From: a virus
Lineage: Duplodnaviria; Caudoviricetes
DNA length: 45,063 bases
Reading direction: 5' to 3' (one strand)
IMG/VR virus record: IMGVR_UViG_3300020045_000864
Coordinates: 1 to 45,063 of that record
Shown here: piece by piece, positions 44,028-45,063 of the stretch
Layout of the letters: each line of letters begins with the position of its first letter
How positions within the stretch are numbered: the first letter of the stretch is position 1
Notes under the pieces: generated by a model
What the model saw: the letters and a program-made list of their open reading frames with translations, nothing else
Told to the model about the DNA's origin: nothing
The model's database searches: none
Program-made: the position numbers and the translations under genes

Positions 44028-44276
44028 TTAATGCACGAGTTTTAAGTCATGCTTTATTGACATAATGATATATTCGGCCTGCCTGAGATTAGCTTCAACA
44101 TTCGAATCTGCTAATCCAGTCAAACTATAGTCATCACGAACAATATCTAGTTTATTTATGACATTGTCTAGCATGCGGAGGACTTCAGGACGTGCCCTTT
44201 TAGAGATAGTCCTGACAGTGCCTTGCTGCTGTTGCTTTAGGTGTTGCCCCATAGTAAACCTCTCAGTCATTTTCAC
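44028..44276 (-). CDS. Early hypothetical protein
   Basis: ORF with several possible starts (GAGG before ATG 44252). Confidence 0.55.
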   Translation of the reverse strand: MKMTERFTMGQHLKQQQQGTVRTISKRARPEVLRMLDNVINKLDIVRDDYSLTGLADSNVEANLRQAEYIIMSIKHDLKLVH

Positions 44277-44352
44277 CCGACCTAAAGGATTAGTATGATT
44301 GTCCTAAGTTTGATTACCTAGGGAAGAACAACGGATAAATCCGTCATTCATC

Positions 44353-44536
44353 GCTAGTACGCTAACAGACAAGGCAGGACCGAAGGTCCAACCCGGAAGG
44401 GAATTTCTCGTCCCTTTGTTTCTCATGCCGTTAGCGTAGTTAGCTTGAATACCTAGCAGGTAACTTTTCTTTCGTCAGTCCGTATAGGCTTGCGCCACTA
44501 AACATGTGCGTTTTCTTTAGTGCCTACCTGCTAGGT
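44353..44536 (-). ncRNA. Candidate multi-domain structured RNA in the early non-coding region
   Basis: 9-bp helix 44358-66/44430-38 enclosing a cUUCGg hairpin; 12-bp helix 44451-62/44525-36 enclosing CACTAAA/TTTAGTG. Confidence 0.5.
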
Positions 44537-44796
44537 TGATGGGTCATCGCCAACAATAAACGACTTCCCATCATTGTGCGATACACGGCTTGAGGGAGAT
44601 TTCCTGTCAATAAACAGGCTCTGTCAAGTCAGGGGCATTCCCTGATAAACCGCTAGTCGCACACAATCTAGTTAGACCTTAAGGGGCTTAATGGTTACAA
44701 TGGGACCGCCATTGCTCCAAACACAAGAAAGCTACTTCTCATGCTCCCTAGTCCACCTTTCCACCGTTCCGACCTCCCGCATTAAAGCGCATTCGG

Positions 44797-44825
44797 ATTA
44801 GACAGTCCAGCCTAGCTATTGTCAA
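44797..44825 (-). promoter_or_regulatory. Possible early promoter
   Basis: TTGACA-17 nt-TCTAAT. Confidence 0.35.
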
Positions 44826-44948
44826 CAGGGATAGCGTGCACAGTATCAATCTATAAGCCCCTACTAGAGAGTACCTATAGTCGACCCGTAAGCTATCAAG
44901 CCCCGATTGACTGATTTGTGCCTTTTGAACCGTCCTCAATTGAGTGAT

Positions 44949-45063
44949 TCAATCTCGACAGCAAAAACCCTTCCAAGGATCGCTGCGGCTTCATTCGGAA
45001 TGACAAGGCCAATCCTTTCGCAGTCGATAAGGCTAAGGCAAATAACTGGTACGATGACCCTGC
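44949..45063 (+). repeat. Perfect 115-bp inverted copy of 43407-43521 at the window end
   Basis: Base-by-base reverse-complement identity to part of the 43127-43759 gene. Confidence 0.9.

Noticed and set aside
44461-44485. Hammerhead core CTGACGA on the - strand
   Set aside because: No stem II between CTGACGA and the following GAAA
44748-44939. 63-aa ORF near the window end
   Set aside because: No clear RBS or motifs; overlaps a candidate promoter and abuts the suspected chimeric junction
1-45063. Apparent abundance of CTAG tetranucleotides
   Set aside because: Impression only; needs an observed/expected k-mer count that I cannot run

Overview
Most of the genome of a lytic podovirus-type bacteriophage, probably infecting a Proteobacterium (inference). 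The + strand arm (1-18595) holds the late module: terminase C-terminus, P22-type portal, scaffold, coat, adaptor and hub, an SGNH-hydrolase-like virion protein, tailspike, three ejection proteins, and holin/SAR endolysin/spanins. It meets the - strand arm at a bidirectional terminator (~18624-18680). The - strand arm (18679-~44900) holds early and middle genes: class II ribonucleotide reductase, nucleotide enzymes, T7-like endonuclease I, exonuclease, SSB, family A DNA polymerase, primase-helicase, a nucleotidyltransferase, a ~9.7 kb phiEco32-type peptide/amide-ligase cluster, tRNA-Arg(UCU), a stand-alone WYL protein and a structured non-coding early region. No integrase or RNA polymerase is visible, and sigma70-type promoters are present. 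The most notable unexplained signals are: an anticodon-less tRNA-like RNA upstream of the WYL gene; two inverted, spacing-conserved 93-bp elements around an AT-rich tract; an endonuclease that carries a duplicate of the NrdJ N-terminus; paired substitutions at the polymerase steric gate; several genes that seem to need ATA or CTG starts; and two paralogous CC-motif proteins bracketing the ligase cluster. The last 115 bp are a perfect inverted copy of 43407-43521, probably an artefact. All family calls come from motif recognition by eye; no database searches were run.
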